This document shows positions 17,962 to 25,957 of a stretch of 31,544 nt of DNA, in pieces. Origin of the DNA: a virus (taxonomy: Duplodnaviria; Caudoviricetes); the IMG/VR virus record IMGVR_UViG_3300044608_001478, positions 1 through 31,544 of that record. One strand, 5' to 3'. Made by a program: the position numbers and the translations under genes. The notes under the pieces were generated by a model, which had not been told where the DNA came from, did no database searches, and saw nothing but the letters and a program-made list of their open reading frames with translations. Positions within the stretch are counted from its first letter, which is position 1. Every line of letters begins with the position of its first letter.

Positions 17962-18670
17962 TTTTTTTCCTTTTTAACCAGTTCAAAGATGTGAGATGGA
18001 CTGATGTGTAGTTGTTGATTTTTTTATAGTTTTCCATGTTCAAAAGGATGTCCTTTGTCTCATCCATTCCATAGGTCATCTCCAGGTTGACTGCCTGGTC
18101 AAATGTCAGTGGACTCTTCATCTTTGAAAGGTTGGGACAATTTTTTTCAATCATTTCAATTAATTCATGATTCTTTTTTTTAATTATATTTTTTTTATTA
18201 ATTGAAGATGAAGATGAAGATGAAGATGAAGGGGTTGGATTTTGGTTAGACTTTTGGTTAACCAAATCCTTTGAGTTTTTTTTGAATTTTGGGTTGCCTC
18301 CCATGATTCCACAGGCCTTTCTAATCTCTCTAAGTCTTTCATCTTCAACCATTCTCTTTGAATAGTATCTCCCAGATGGGTCCTGTCTGATGATGCCAAA
18401 ACCAGTCAATTCAGACCATATCCTCGACCACTTTTTGGAATCCATTCCGAGATATTTTTTGATCTGATCTGGTGTCAAATTATTTCCATTCACCATCAAA
18501 AATCCGACCTCTGATGATAGCCACATCCAACATAGAATGTCAATCCATACTCCTCTGGTCTCTGGACTGCAGAGTCTCAATGAAGGATCTGTCAACCAAT
18601 CCATTGCGTAAAATTGGAAGGCAGGAGCCTTTGTCCTGGAGTGTTTTTTTGGTTGGTCCTCTTCCATCAT
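17888..18670 (-). CDS. Phage replication initiator / replisome organiser (YdaU/DUF1376-like N-terminus)
   Basis: KAPAFQFYAMDWLTD...ETRGVWIDILCWMW...RYYSKRMV...GIMGGNPK, followed by a low-complexity linker and a short C-terminal domain ending WLKR. Confidence 0.8.
   Translation of the reverse strand: MMEEDQPKKHSRTKAPAFQFYAMDWLTDPSLRLCSPETRGVWIDILCWMWLSSEVGFLMVNGNNLTPDQIKKYLGMDSKKWSRIWSELTGFGIIRQDPSGRYYSKRMVEDERLREIRKACGIMGGNPKFKKNSKDLVNQKSNQNPTPSSSSSSSSSINKKNIIKKKNHELIEMIEKNCPNLSKMKSPLTFDQAVNLEMTYGMDETKDILLNMENYKKINNYTSVHLTSLNWLKRKKNDSEKNIQNTGTSKQSFTDKLRNF
18160..18266. other. Putative replication origin inside the initiator gene
   Basis: TTTTGGTTA repeated at 18240 and 18252, 14-bp palindrome TTTGGTTAACCAAA at 18253-18266, TGAAGA tandem at 18203-18231, and a pure A/T tract at 18174-18203. 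Confidence 0.5.
18203..18231. repeat. (TGAAGA)x4.8 tandem repeat encoding a poly-Ser linker
   Basis: Read directly; encodes the SSSSSSSSS run. Confidence 0.9.
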
Positions 18671-19122
18671 TTTGGTTTAATTTTGGTTAACCTATCCCCA
18701 TGATGTTTGGTTGAATTTTGCTTTATCTTTTTTGTAGTCCCCAAAGTCATGGCCACCTGGAGCAAATCATTGAATCTCTTATCCCTTCTTATCTTCTTTC
18801 CATTGAATACCCTGGTCAAATAAGATTGAGGAAATTCTGGGAAGTGAATGGAGAATGATTTCAAAGTCCTGTAGTGCCACTTGATCATTCTCCAAATTGA
18901 CATTCTGGTGGTGTCATCAATGATGGAAAGGTCATGATTTGATTTTGTTTCCTTGATCAAAGTCTGAATTGTCCATCCAAAGGCATCAACATGATCCTGG
19001 GACATCCTCCCTGCAAAATAGGACTGGGCTTTTTTAGGGTCCAGTCCTGTGATCATGATGAATCTCTGCAGTGTTTTGAATTTGGATTTGATTGTGGTCT
19101 TTTGTTTTTCAATAGATTTCAT
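18667..19122 (-). CDS. Basic protein with possible tandem HTH motifs (putative DNA-binding regulator)
   Basis: Two HTH-like segments, LQRFIMITGLDPKKAQSYFAG and LKSFSIHFPEFPQSYLTRVFNGK. Confidence 0.45.
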   Translation of the reverse strand: MKSIEKQKTTIKSKFKTLQRFIMITGLDPKKAQSYFAGRMSQDHVDAFGWTIQTLIKETKSNHDLSIIDDTTRMSIWRMIKWHYRTLKSFSIHFPEFPQSYLTRVFNGKKIRRDKRFNDLLQVAMTLGTTKKIKQNSTKHHGDRLTKIKPK

Positions 19123-20026
19123 TATCTGATATTTTTACAGATTTGATCTCCTGGTCCATGTGTTGATCAATGGTTCCATCTTTTGAATCTATAATGTTTT
19201 CCTGTTCCATTCCTTCCAGTGACTTCCTTCTCAATGTCAAATTCTCCAAAAAGTCATTGTTGTTGTGAAAATTTGGGTGATTATGATAGATGCTTTTCAG
19301 TTCAACAATGGATGTGGCCAAATGGATCACCACCAGAATATTTTGGAGATCCTTCTCCATTTCATCCAAGGCATCCTGGGTGATTTTATTTGGTTTTTTT
19401 GGGTCTGGTTTAGCCACCTTTTTTGATTTATCCTGTGGAGGATCCTGGATCACTGCCTGGAGTGGTTTGGTCTCTATGACATGGGCATCCTGCATGGTTG
19501 ACATCTCCTCTTGGGTGTATGGCATCCCTCCCAGTTCATCAGAAAAACACAATCTGAATCCCTGTGCCATTGCCACCTTTTTGATCATGGTCAAAGGTTT
19601 GTCTTTCCAGAATTGATTGAGTGTCCCATCCTTTCTTTTTTGGGCATATTCACCAAACCATACTTCATGGACAAATGGTTGATCCCAATCCTTTCTGTAG
19701 ATGGTGATGATTGCTTTCACATTTGAATTGGCCATGTCTTTTGGATTGATGAATCCTTCAGTGGTCACATTCCATCCTGATAGTCTGCCAGATCTCTCTG
19801 CCCTTTTGATGTAGGTTTCAAATCCTACTATGATGGAGAATTTGTCCAAGTATTTAATCGCATAGATTTCCCTCTTGAATGGGTTCAGTCCAAAGGCCTG
19901 GGAGATCTCAATGAAATGTGTCACCTCTGCCTTTGATAGGTTTTGGGCCAGGTTCATGGTCTCCAGATAGGTTTTAATTTTTTCTACATCAATGTTAGAT
20001 GGTGTCTGTGTTGCAATGTTGTTCAT
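19109..20026 (-). CDS. bet: Single-strand annealing recombinase, Bet/RecT family
   Basis: GLNPFKREIYAIKY...IIVGFETYIKRAERSG...WKDKPLTMIKKVAMAQGFRLCF...LGGMPYTQEEM. Confidence 0.92.
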   Translation of the reverse strand: MNNIATQTPSNIDVEKIKTYLETMNLAQNLSKAEVTHFIEISQAFGLNPFKREIYAIKYLDKFSIIVGFETYIKRAERSGRLSGWNVTTEGFINPKDMANSNVKAIITIYRKDWDQPFVHEVWFGEYAQKRKDGTLNQFWKDKPLTMIKKVAMAQGFRLCFSDELGGMPYTQEEMSTMQDAHVIETKPLQAVIQDPPQDKSKKVAKPDPKKPNKITQDALDEMEKDLQNILVVIHLATSIVELKSIYHNHPNFHNNNDFLENLTLRRKSLEGMEQENIIDSKDGTIDQHMDQEIKSVKISDNEIY

Positions 20027-20027
20027 G

Positions 20028-20525
20028 TTATAGAGATTTTAGAATTTGATAATTGTTTGTTTTTGATTTTTTAAGGAATTGGACAGAGAATTCCTCAATG
20101 TCCTGGATCACTTTTGGATCCCTCTGAATATTGACCCACTCAATCCATGCAGACATAGTATTAGGATAGTTATGATCTAAGGTCAATTGTTTTGCAAAGG
20201 ACATTTGTTTTGCAAATGCAGGAGTATAATTGTCAGAAATCCTTTCTATCTCTTCCCTTTTGTTTTTCCTGCTAATAGTGTAGTCATGGATAAATTCCAA
20301 AAATGATTCTACCATCTCAATTGATGGATCTGGTCCACTCCATTTCACCCTTCCTTTCACTTTGGTGAGATAATTTTCGTTAATCAACCAAGTCATCATG
20401 TATCTGTTCACCTTCCAGATTTTTGCCTGTTTAAAATAAGAAAATGGATTGAGTTTTGAAATATGATGCAGAAATTGCAGATATTTTATAATTGTGGATT
20501 TTCTGGATTTAGGATTTGAATTCAT
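20028..20525 (-). CDS. Hypothetical protein (165 aa)
   Basis: ATG sits within a 19-nt repeated initiation box. Confidence 0.7.
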   Translation of the reverse strand: MNSNPKSRKSTIIKYLQFLHHISKLNPFSYFKQAKIWKVNRYMMTWLINENYLTKVKGRVKWSGPDPSIEMVESFLEFIHDYTISRKNKREEIERISDNYTPAFAKQMSFAKQLTLDHNYPNTMSAWIEWVNIQRDPKVIQDIEEFSVQFLKKSKTNNYQILKSL

Positions 20526-20539
20526 GTTGTCTGTTTTTT
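20521..20539 (-). repeat. 19-nt box AAAAAACAGACAACATGAA, copy 1
   Basis: Identical to 20737-20755 and 21241-21259; includes the start codon. Confidence 0.9.
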
Positions 20540-20540
20540 A

Positions 20541-20741
20541 TTATTTTGTATCTTTATATTCTTTTAAACAATTTTGGCATCCAATATGCTCCACTTCTTC
20601 AATTACAGACCAATTACTTGATAGTGCTGGTGTACCACATAAATTACCTGTTCCTGATTTGTAAATGTGTGATGTGTTGCTCCACACGTTACCTTTGTTT
20701 CCATAAATGGAATAACCTGATTTTAGTTCTTTTTTGTTCAT
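20541..20741 (-). CDS. Small putative zinc-binding protein (H...LCG...CxxC)
   Basis: SHIY...NLCGT...IGCQNCLKEY. Exactly bracketed by two 19-nt boxes. Confidence 0.7.
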   Translation of the reverse strand: MNKKELKSGYSIYGNKGNVWSNTSHIYKSGTGNLCGTPALSSNWSVIEEVEHIGCQNCLKEYKDTK

Positions 20742-20755
20742 GTTGTCTGTTTTTT
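20737..20755 (-). repeat. 19-nt box AAAAAACAGACAACATGAA, copy 2
   Basis: Exact repeat. Confidence 0.9.
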
Positions 20756-21245
20756 ATGATTTTGGAATGGTGATCTCAATAGATGTTTTTGATGTTTTTA
20801 TAGGTGGGTAGAGTTCAATAATCTCACCTGTCTCATCATCCACCTGGGTGGTCTTTTTGGTCATGGACTTCAGTTGAGCCTCTATTGACTTAATCTCTTC
20901 CTTCAGTTCTGTGATTTTCTGGTTGTGGAGGACCCACAGAGATGTGTTGGAATAGTCATATTTGACCCCAGTCTCTTTTATTTTATAGGTTATCCCATTT
21001 CTTTTGACTCCCATCTTTGCCTCCAGACCATCTCTGTAAAGTTCATCCAGGGCCTTCTCTCTGATGTTGGCAATGGAATTCTCCAGGACCTGTGACATGA
21101 ATTCAATCCTGCCCAAAAAGTCCAAGGGATGATGGTTGCCAGAGTCATATTCCTGGATGATTTTATCTGCCACCAGGTTGACTGAATCTTTGGTCAGTTC
21201 CACCTGGTTGTTGATGATTTCAATTAGTGTTTGTTCGTTTTTCAT
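20754..21245 (-). CDS. Hypothetical phage protein (163 aa)
   Basis: Well-formed ORF with coiled coil and ETGVKYDYS / VDDETGEII segments. Confidence 0.75.
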   Translation of the reverse strand: MKNEQTLIEIINNQVELTKDSVNLVADKIIQEYDSGNHHPLDFLGRIEFMSQVLENSIANIREKALDELYRDGLEAKMGVKRNGITYKIKETGVKYDYSNTSLWVLHNQKITELKEEIKSIEAQLKSMTKKTTQVDDETGEIIELYPPIKTSKTSIEITIPKS

Positions 21246-21259
21246 GTTGTCTGTTTTTT
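21241..21259 (-). repeat. 19-nt box AAAAAACAGACAACATGAA, copy 3
   Basis: Exact repeat. Confidence 0.9.
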
Positions 21260-21493
21260 TTATTTTTTAGTTGTTTTTTTAAATGATAAATGAATCCAGG
21301 CAAAAATCATTGATGCCAAAGTGATCCAGAATAGAATGTCAATCTCCAGGACCACTCCCAGAATATTGAATGTTATCGCAATGACCAGGAATAAGATCCA
21401 CAGGAATTCTGATTTTTTCATGTTTGAATTTATTAGTGTGTTGATAAATGAAAGTCTTAGTAATAAGATCCACATAAATTCCAATTTGTTCAT
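21260..21493 (-). CDS. Small membrane protein with duplicated N-terminus (alternative start 21421)
   Basis: MNKLEFMWILLL...MKKSEFLWILFL; two to three hydrophobic helices. Confidence 0.65.
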   Translation of the reverse strand: MNKLEFMWILLLRLSFINTLINSNMKKSEFLWILFLVIAITFNILGVVLEIDILFWITLASMIFAWIHLSFKKTTKK

Positions 21494-21531
21494 GATGAGT
21501 TGTATTTTTGTGAGTCTGATTTTATGTTGTT

Positions 21532-21565
21532 ACTGCCCTGGGTGGAAAATTCTATCTGGGGCAGT
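21532..21565. other. Intergenic GC-rich hairpin
   Basis: ACTGCCCTGGGTGGAA-aa-TTCTATCTGGGGCAGT. Arms pair fully on the + strand using four G-U pairs; only the outer 7 bp are perfect on the - strand. Confidence 0.6.
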
Positions 21566-21575
21566 TCATGAAAAA

Positions 21576-22250
21576 TCACTCTTCTTTTGGATTTTTTATC
21601 TGCTGAAGGATTTCGTGAACATCCAGGATGACATCTTTGAAGATCTCTCCCTCAATTTTGTTTAATCGTGAAAGGATGGTGGGTCCCCACATCTGAATCA
21701 CATCCAGAGCCTGGGCCATCTGGGCAGACTTCTCCATGACTTTGATCACCTGGGAATAGTCCTCTATCTCTGACTCCAAAATTCCAATTTTTTTCCAGTT
21801 GTTCTTTGTTTCTCCCAAAGATCTAAAGATCTCCCACTTTGTTGAATCCATGTTGATCATCTTATATGTTCCCAACAAATTCATGTCATAATTAATCATC
21901 TGCAGAGACTGGGTGTCTTCCTGGATGTCTGACTCAATCGTCACCTCCACTGGAGTTCCACCTTCTGATTCCACATAGATGATGGGTTCATCCCCAATCA
22001 TATTCAATAAGAGTCCACTGGACCCCAATCCAATAAAGTACTCACCATTCCAGATGATCTCACCTGCCTTGGAAATGATCTGGGTGACCTTCCCATCCTG
22101 GATGACTTCTGTGACTCTTTGAGGATAAATTTTTTTATAAGATGTGATGAGGAATTTGTAGGCATCCTCTGCAGTTCCTGTGAAATCACCAAGGATCCAT
22201 TTTTCTGGAAGTTGTTGAAGTTGATAGGTGTAGATTTTGATTTGTGTCAT
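21576..22250 (-). CDS. Hypothetical early protein (224 aa)
   Basis: Long ORF with an A-rich leader. Confidence 0.75.
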   Translation of the reverse strand: MTQIKIYTYQLQQLPEKWILGDFTGTAEDAYKFLITSYKKIYPQRVTEVIQDGKVTQIISKAGEIIWNGEYFIGLGSSGLLLNMIGDEPIIYVESEGGTPVEVTIESDIQEDTQSLQMINYDMNLLGTYKMINMDSTKWEIFRSLGETKNNWKKIGILESEIEDYSQVIKVMEKSAQMAQALDVIQMWGPTILSRLNKIEGEIFKDVILDVHEILQQIKNPKEE

Positions 22251-22259
22251 GTTATTTTT

Positions 22260-22526
22260 TTAGAATGTAAATTGAATTACTAATTTTTTTGCACAATCAT
22301 TCCCAATTGGAAAAAAGCCTTGTGAATCTTCAATGTCATCACCTGAATAAGAAACAATGTTTCCATTGGTTAATAGATGAAGGAATCTACATTTTGGGTA
22401 GTTCTTAATTCTTTTACCACAACAGATGCATGAATTTGAATCATCACCATATAGTTCAATATTTGTTTCATAGTTTACAGATTGAATATCCTGAAGTGGG
22501 ATTTCAATAATTCTTTGAATGCTCAT
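22260..22526 (-). CDS. Small putative zinc-finger protein, first early gene
   Basis: CICCGKRIK...IGNDCAKKL; directly downstream of the consensus promoter. Confidence 0.7.
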   Translation of the reverse strand: MSIQRIIEIPLQDIQSVNYETNIELYGDDSNSCICCGKRIKNYPKCRFLHLLTNGNIVSYSGDDIEDSQGFFPIGNDCAKKLVIQFTF

Positions 22527-22551
22527 TTTTTTAGTTGTTGTTTGATGGATG

Positions 22552-22582
22552 CAAATATAGATCAGGGATTCAATTCTACAAA
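22552..22582 (-). promoter_or_regulatory. Consensus Bacteroidota primary-sigma promoter (early promoter)
   Basis: -33 TTTG (22582-22579), 19-nt spacer, -7 TATATTTG (22559-22552), 25 nt before the ATG at 22526. A second -7 box TAACTTTG lies at 22631-22624. Confidence 0.8.
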
Positions 22583-22695
22583 TTTTATTGCAATTTTATT
22601 TTACTTTTTTTTGCAGATTATGGCAAAGTTATTGACATTCAGTGATTTTATTTTCACTAAATGTCAATCAAAAATCATTTGTAATGGGTCAATTT

Positions 22696-23217
22696 TTATC
22701 CTCTACATGGAGGATCTCCAAAATAGAGTGCCATGACATTAAAATAGTTAATCGGACAGGTCATATTCACAACATTCATGTAGGCCTCATTGCAAATGTT
22801 TTTGGTGTGATCAAAAATAAAGAAGACCTCATCTCCTGGATTGACCAACAGAGAATTGGGAATTCCCCAAGTCAAATCATAAATTATACCACCAATAGAC
22901 ACATGAATTACTGCCACAGGATCATTCAAAAGATTTGTGGCAGTTGCTACAAATTTCAAATAAACAGAGCATTCAGTTCCACGAGAAAACCATGAATCTG
23001 AAATCATAGAGGAATTCCCAACAGGTGCAGTGGTCACACCAAAATAAGGAGAATCTATGCCAAAGTCACCACAACAGGGGGGTGGGACAGGTTCTCCTCC
23101 TGGACCAAAAACATTTTCCCATGATGCCTTAGATCCACAACAGGCAGGTCTTTGGTTGACTTTCTCATATTTTGATCCAAGGTCTTTGACCACCTGGTTG
23201 ATTGATTTTTTTGCCAT
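22696..23217 (-). CDS. Cys-rich putative virion protein (173 aa)
   Basis: 8 Cys including two CC pairs; beta-rich C-terminal half; end of the late block. Confidence 0.6.
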   Translation of the reverse strand: MAKKSINQVVKDLGSKYEKVNQRPACCGSKASWENVFGPGGEPVPPPCCGDFGIDSPYFGVTTAPVGNSSMISDSWFSRGTECSVYLKFVATATNLLNDPVAVIHVSIGGIIYDLTWGIPNSLLVNPGDEVFFIFDHTKNICNEAYMNVVNMTCPINYFNVMALYFGDPPCRG

Positions 23218-23218
23218 G

Positions 23219-23656
23219 TTATTCCTCCCACAATAGTTTTGAGATAATTGTCAAAATCATGTGTGAAAGGACCACACATGGAATAAACCACCACAGGGAC
23301 AAATCAAAGTGCCACCATGCAATAAAAAATGATGCCTGTGTCACCCATATATTTTGGCAAAAGGCACAAAGTCCCAGTGGGTTTGCTAAAAATCCCAATG
23401 GGTTTTTTGGATTGTCTCTCCAATACTTCTCAATCCATCTGATCCACCATCCAAAGATGTGACCTGGTTGGTAGGTAAATTGTAGAAAAAAAGACAGGAA
23501 GGATGATGTTGTGGCCACCAGTGCCACCATCATAAAACCATTTGACTTCATCTGAACAAAAATGCCCATGCAAAGTCCTATGACCATTCCAATGATCAAC
23601 ATCAAAATGGGCATAGTTGGAATGATGATCTCTTTGTCTTCTTTTTTTATAGACAT
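23219..23656 (-). CDS. ~4-TM membrane protein with a CxxC motif (DUF1360-like; candidate thiol oxidoreductase)
   Basis: Four hydrophobic segments; LGLCAFCQNIW (CxxC at 23368-23357) at the start of the third. ATG 23656 preferred over the track's 23674. Confidence 0.55.
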   Translation of the reverse strand: MSIKKEDKEIIIPTMPILMLIIGMVIGLCMGIFVQMKSNGFMMVALVATTSSFLSFFLQFTYQPGHIFGWWIRWIEKYWRDNPKNPLGFLANPLGLCAFCQNIWVTQASFFIAWWHFDLSLWWFIPCVVLSHMILTIISKLLWEE

Positions 23657-23976
23657 GATGTGAGTGGTTGACAAATTCCTGGAATTCCTTTGGCCATAAA
23701 CATACAGGCCCCATCAATCGTGACATGAGTGAAGTATGTTAGTGAGTAGGCTGCAGGGACCTGGATTTTGATCATGGTCTCCCCATTCTCATTGAAGACA
23801 TAGGGGATCTGGATCTGATCACCCAGGTCAAAGGTGAAGGTCTGGGTGAGGAATCCTCCATTGGCCCAGATCTCAAATGTCACCTGTGTTCCATTGGGCC
23901 AGGGACTTTGAAATCCAAAATCAATATTCTCACATGACATAAAACATCCAAGGTCTTTTGAACAATTGCAATTCAT
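23647..23976 (-). CDS. Small Cys-rich beta protein (109 aa), putative virion component
   Basis: MNCNCSKDLGCFMSC...GAC...GIC...TSCL, 7 Cys. Confidence 0.6.
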   Translation of the reverse strand: MNCNCSKDLGCFMSCENIDFGFQSPWPNGTQVTFEIWANGGFLTQTFTFDLGDQIQIPYVFNENGETMIKIQVPAAYSLTYFTHVTIDGACMFMAKGIPGICQPLTSCL

Positions 23977-23997
23977 GATTTTATTTTTTAAATTTTA

Positions 23998-24540
23998 TCA
24001 AAAATAAGATTTTTCAAACGTCAGATCAAAGTCAACTGCAACAAAGATGAGATTTTTGTCAAATTGTTTTGGTTTTGGGACCTCATCTTTCATCACCTGA
24101 ATGGAATCAATCTGACTCCTTCTGGGAATCATCTGGATGCCTTTGATGTCTGGTTGATCTGGAATCCTGCAGGACATGAGTCCCAATCTGATTCTCTCCT
24201 CCAGATTGTATGGATCCAGGCCTTTGCCACAGGCCACCAGTCTCAATTCATACCTGGTCAACATCCTTTTGTGATTACAGGTGAAATTTTTCCCATTTGC
24301 TGACTCCTCAAAAAAGATCTCCCCACCATCCCTGTGTCTGATATAGAAGTAGTCACTCTCTGTGTCAGAGATTCCTGCCCATTTGAATTCATTGGATGTG
24401 GGTGATGTCTGCATGAGGATTCTGCCCTCATCATCAATTCTGGCCAAAAAAATGGACTTATTAAATTCTGGGACATATCTGATGATCTCATTGCAGATCA
24501 TCTCCAGGAAGTCATGGATTTGTGTGTTCATAGTTGTCAA
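23998..24540 (-). CDS. Putative tail terminator / neck protein
   Basis: 180 aa after the tail-completion-like gene; C-terminal beta strand IFVAVDFDLTF. Call rests mainly on synteny. Confidence 0.45.
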   Translation of the reverse strand: MTTMNTQIHDFLEMICNEIIRYVPEFNKSIFLARIDDEGRILMQTSPTSNEFKWAGISDTESDYFYIRHRDGGEIFFEESANGKNFTCNHKRMLTRYELRLVACGKGLDPYNLEERIRLGLMSCRIPDQPDIKGIQMIPRRSQIDSIQVMKDEVPKPKQFDKNLIFVAVDFDLTFEKSYF

Positions 24541-25055
24541 ATAAATTGTGAGAGTATCTTATCTATTTTTTCTGTGACCAGGTCATCAATATAAATTTGA
24601 ATTGCAATCTCTTCCTTTTTTGTTGGTTCAAAAATCTCCATCTGTCCTCCACCCTTTTTTTTGCCCTGGATGATCTCATTGCCTATTGCCTTCTGGTAGT
24701 CTGTATCATTGTCAATTGCCAAAACCACTGAATCACCAGATTTGAGGACTTTGATGGATCCCATCAATGATCCAGTGAATGATAGGTCAACATATCCAGT
24801 CTGTAGTCCTCTGGGTGATTTTCTCTGTGCCCCTTTTGTCCCCTTCACTGGCCTTCCAATTTTTCTGATTCTGGCCCACTGGGATGAGTAGTCAGATGAG
24901 ATCAACTTATCTTCTGAATTCAGACCCTTGTTGAATATCCTCTGTTTGTATCTGCCCTCCAGGTTTTTGGCTGCTGCCAGCAGGATGTCTCCCTTCTGTT
25001 CATTGAGAGAGATGGTGATATTCTTTAATAATTGTGCAGCCTGGTCAAATGTCAT
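24537..25055 (-). CDS. Putative tail-completion / virion morphogenesis (neck) protein
   Basis: RIFNKGLNSED...YS..WARIRK...VDLSFTGSLMGSI pattern typical of this family. Confidence 0.65.
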   Translation of the reverse strand: MTFDQAAQLLKNITISLNEQKGDILLAAAKNLEGRYKQRIFNKGLNSEDKLISSDYSSQWARIRKIGRPVKGTKGAQRKSPRGLQTGYVDLSFTGSLMGSIKVLKSGDSVVLAIDNDTDYQKAIGNEIIQGKKKGGGQMEIFEPTKKEEIAIQIYIDDLVTEKIDKILSQFI

Positions 25056-25056
25056 G

Positions 25057-25503
25057 TCATTTTTTTACTGATTGTATCAAATATCCAAGGGCAAAGATTG
25101 CCACAATGATGAATGCCAAAGTCCAATAGATCTCCTTCTTTTTTGCAAGGGTCTGAATTCTCTCAATGGTGGTCTCTGTTCTGATCTTCTCAATGGTGAT
25201 GGTGTCTGCAGGACAGAGTGGTTCCACCCAGATTGAATCCCCAGGGAGTCTGACTATTTTTATCTGGACATCAGTTTTTTTGTCCAAAATAAAGATTGTG
25301 TCCATGTTCATCACAGACACAATGGTGTCAAATGATCTGATGGATGTGATGATAGTGGTGTCTATGAAAGTGGTCACCATATTGGTTGATCCTGGGAATC
25401 TCTCTGCACATCTCTGTGCAGAGATACAACCATTAACAACCATCATTTGGAATCCTATTGCCAGAAGGATCACTATTTTTTTGAGTCTCATTTTTGTAGA
25501 CAT
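25057..25503 (-). CDS. Putative unimolecular spanin (lipoprotein with C-terminal TM helix)
   Basis: Basic plus hydrophobic signal ending VNG-C, Thr/Ile beta-rich middle, C-terminal TM IYWTLAFIIVAIFALGYLI. Follows the holin. Confidence 0.6.
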   Translation of the reverse strand: MSTKMRLKKIVILLAIGFQMMVVNGCISAQRCAERFPGSTNMVTTFIDTTIITSIRSFDTIVSVMNMDTIFILDKKTDVQIKIVRLPGDSIWVEPLCPADTITIEKIRTETTIERIQTLAKKKEIYWTLAFIIVAIFALGYLIQSVKK

Positions 25504-25957
25504 CTATTTTTTTGTAGAATATCCCTGCAAAGTCCTTTTTTATAAGACCCAACAAAGACAAATTTTTTATGAGTGACACCAGGTTGACCATCACCAGTGG
25601 GACAAAGACTCCCTCATTCATCCAAGATAGAACAACCGATCCTTTTGACAAAGAGTTTGCAAAGGCCAACAAGGCAGTGTGGGACAATAGGGTCCACAGG
25701 ATCCTCATTGACTTCCTGGTCTCAAAGGCATCCCTCTTCCACGCCAAATACATCCCACTGATGTGATCTGCTATGATCAACAAAATAAGGGCATAGAAGG
25801 AAACTGCAGGGTCATAGATCCAGTCCACCACAAATGAAGACATTGACCCAAGGGTGAATCCTCCCATTGTGAACATTAGTAGGAATTCATTTTTCAAATT
25901 CAAAGAGAGGACAGAATTCATTATCTCTTTGGCCTCACTCAGTGCATAGATTTTCAT
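25433..25957 (-). CDS. Holin
   Basis: Several TM helices; LIIADHISGMYLAW...SLIKNLSLLG resembles phage holin family 4 motifs. Near the amidase and spanin. Confidence 0.75.
   Translation of the reverse strand: MKIYALSEAKEIMNSVLSLNLKNEFLLMFTMGGFTLGSMSSFVVDWIYDPAVSFYALILLIIADHISGMYLAWKRDAFETRKSMRILWTLLSHTALLAFANSLSKGSVVLSWMNEGVFVPLVMVNLVSLIKNLSLLGLIKKDFAGIFYKKIDVYKNETQKNSDPSGNRIPNDGC

Noticed and set aside
18203-18231. Phase-variable simple sequence repeat
   Set aside because: The 6-bp unit preserves the frame, and poly-Ser linkers are common in this initiator family.
20521-21259. CRISPR or mini-array interpretation of the 19-nt repeats
   Set aside because: The spacers are whole genes of ~200 and ~490 bp, the repeats are not palindromic, and there are no cas genes.
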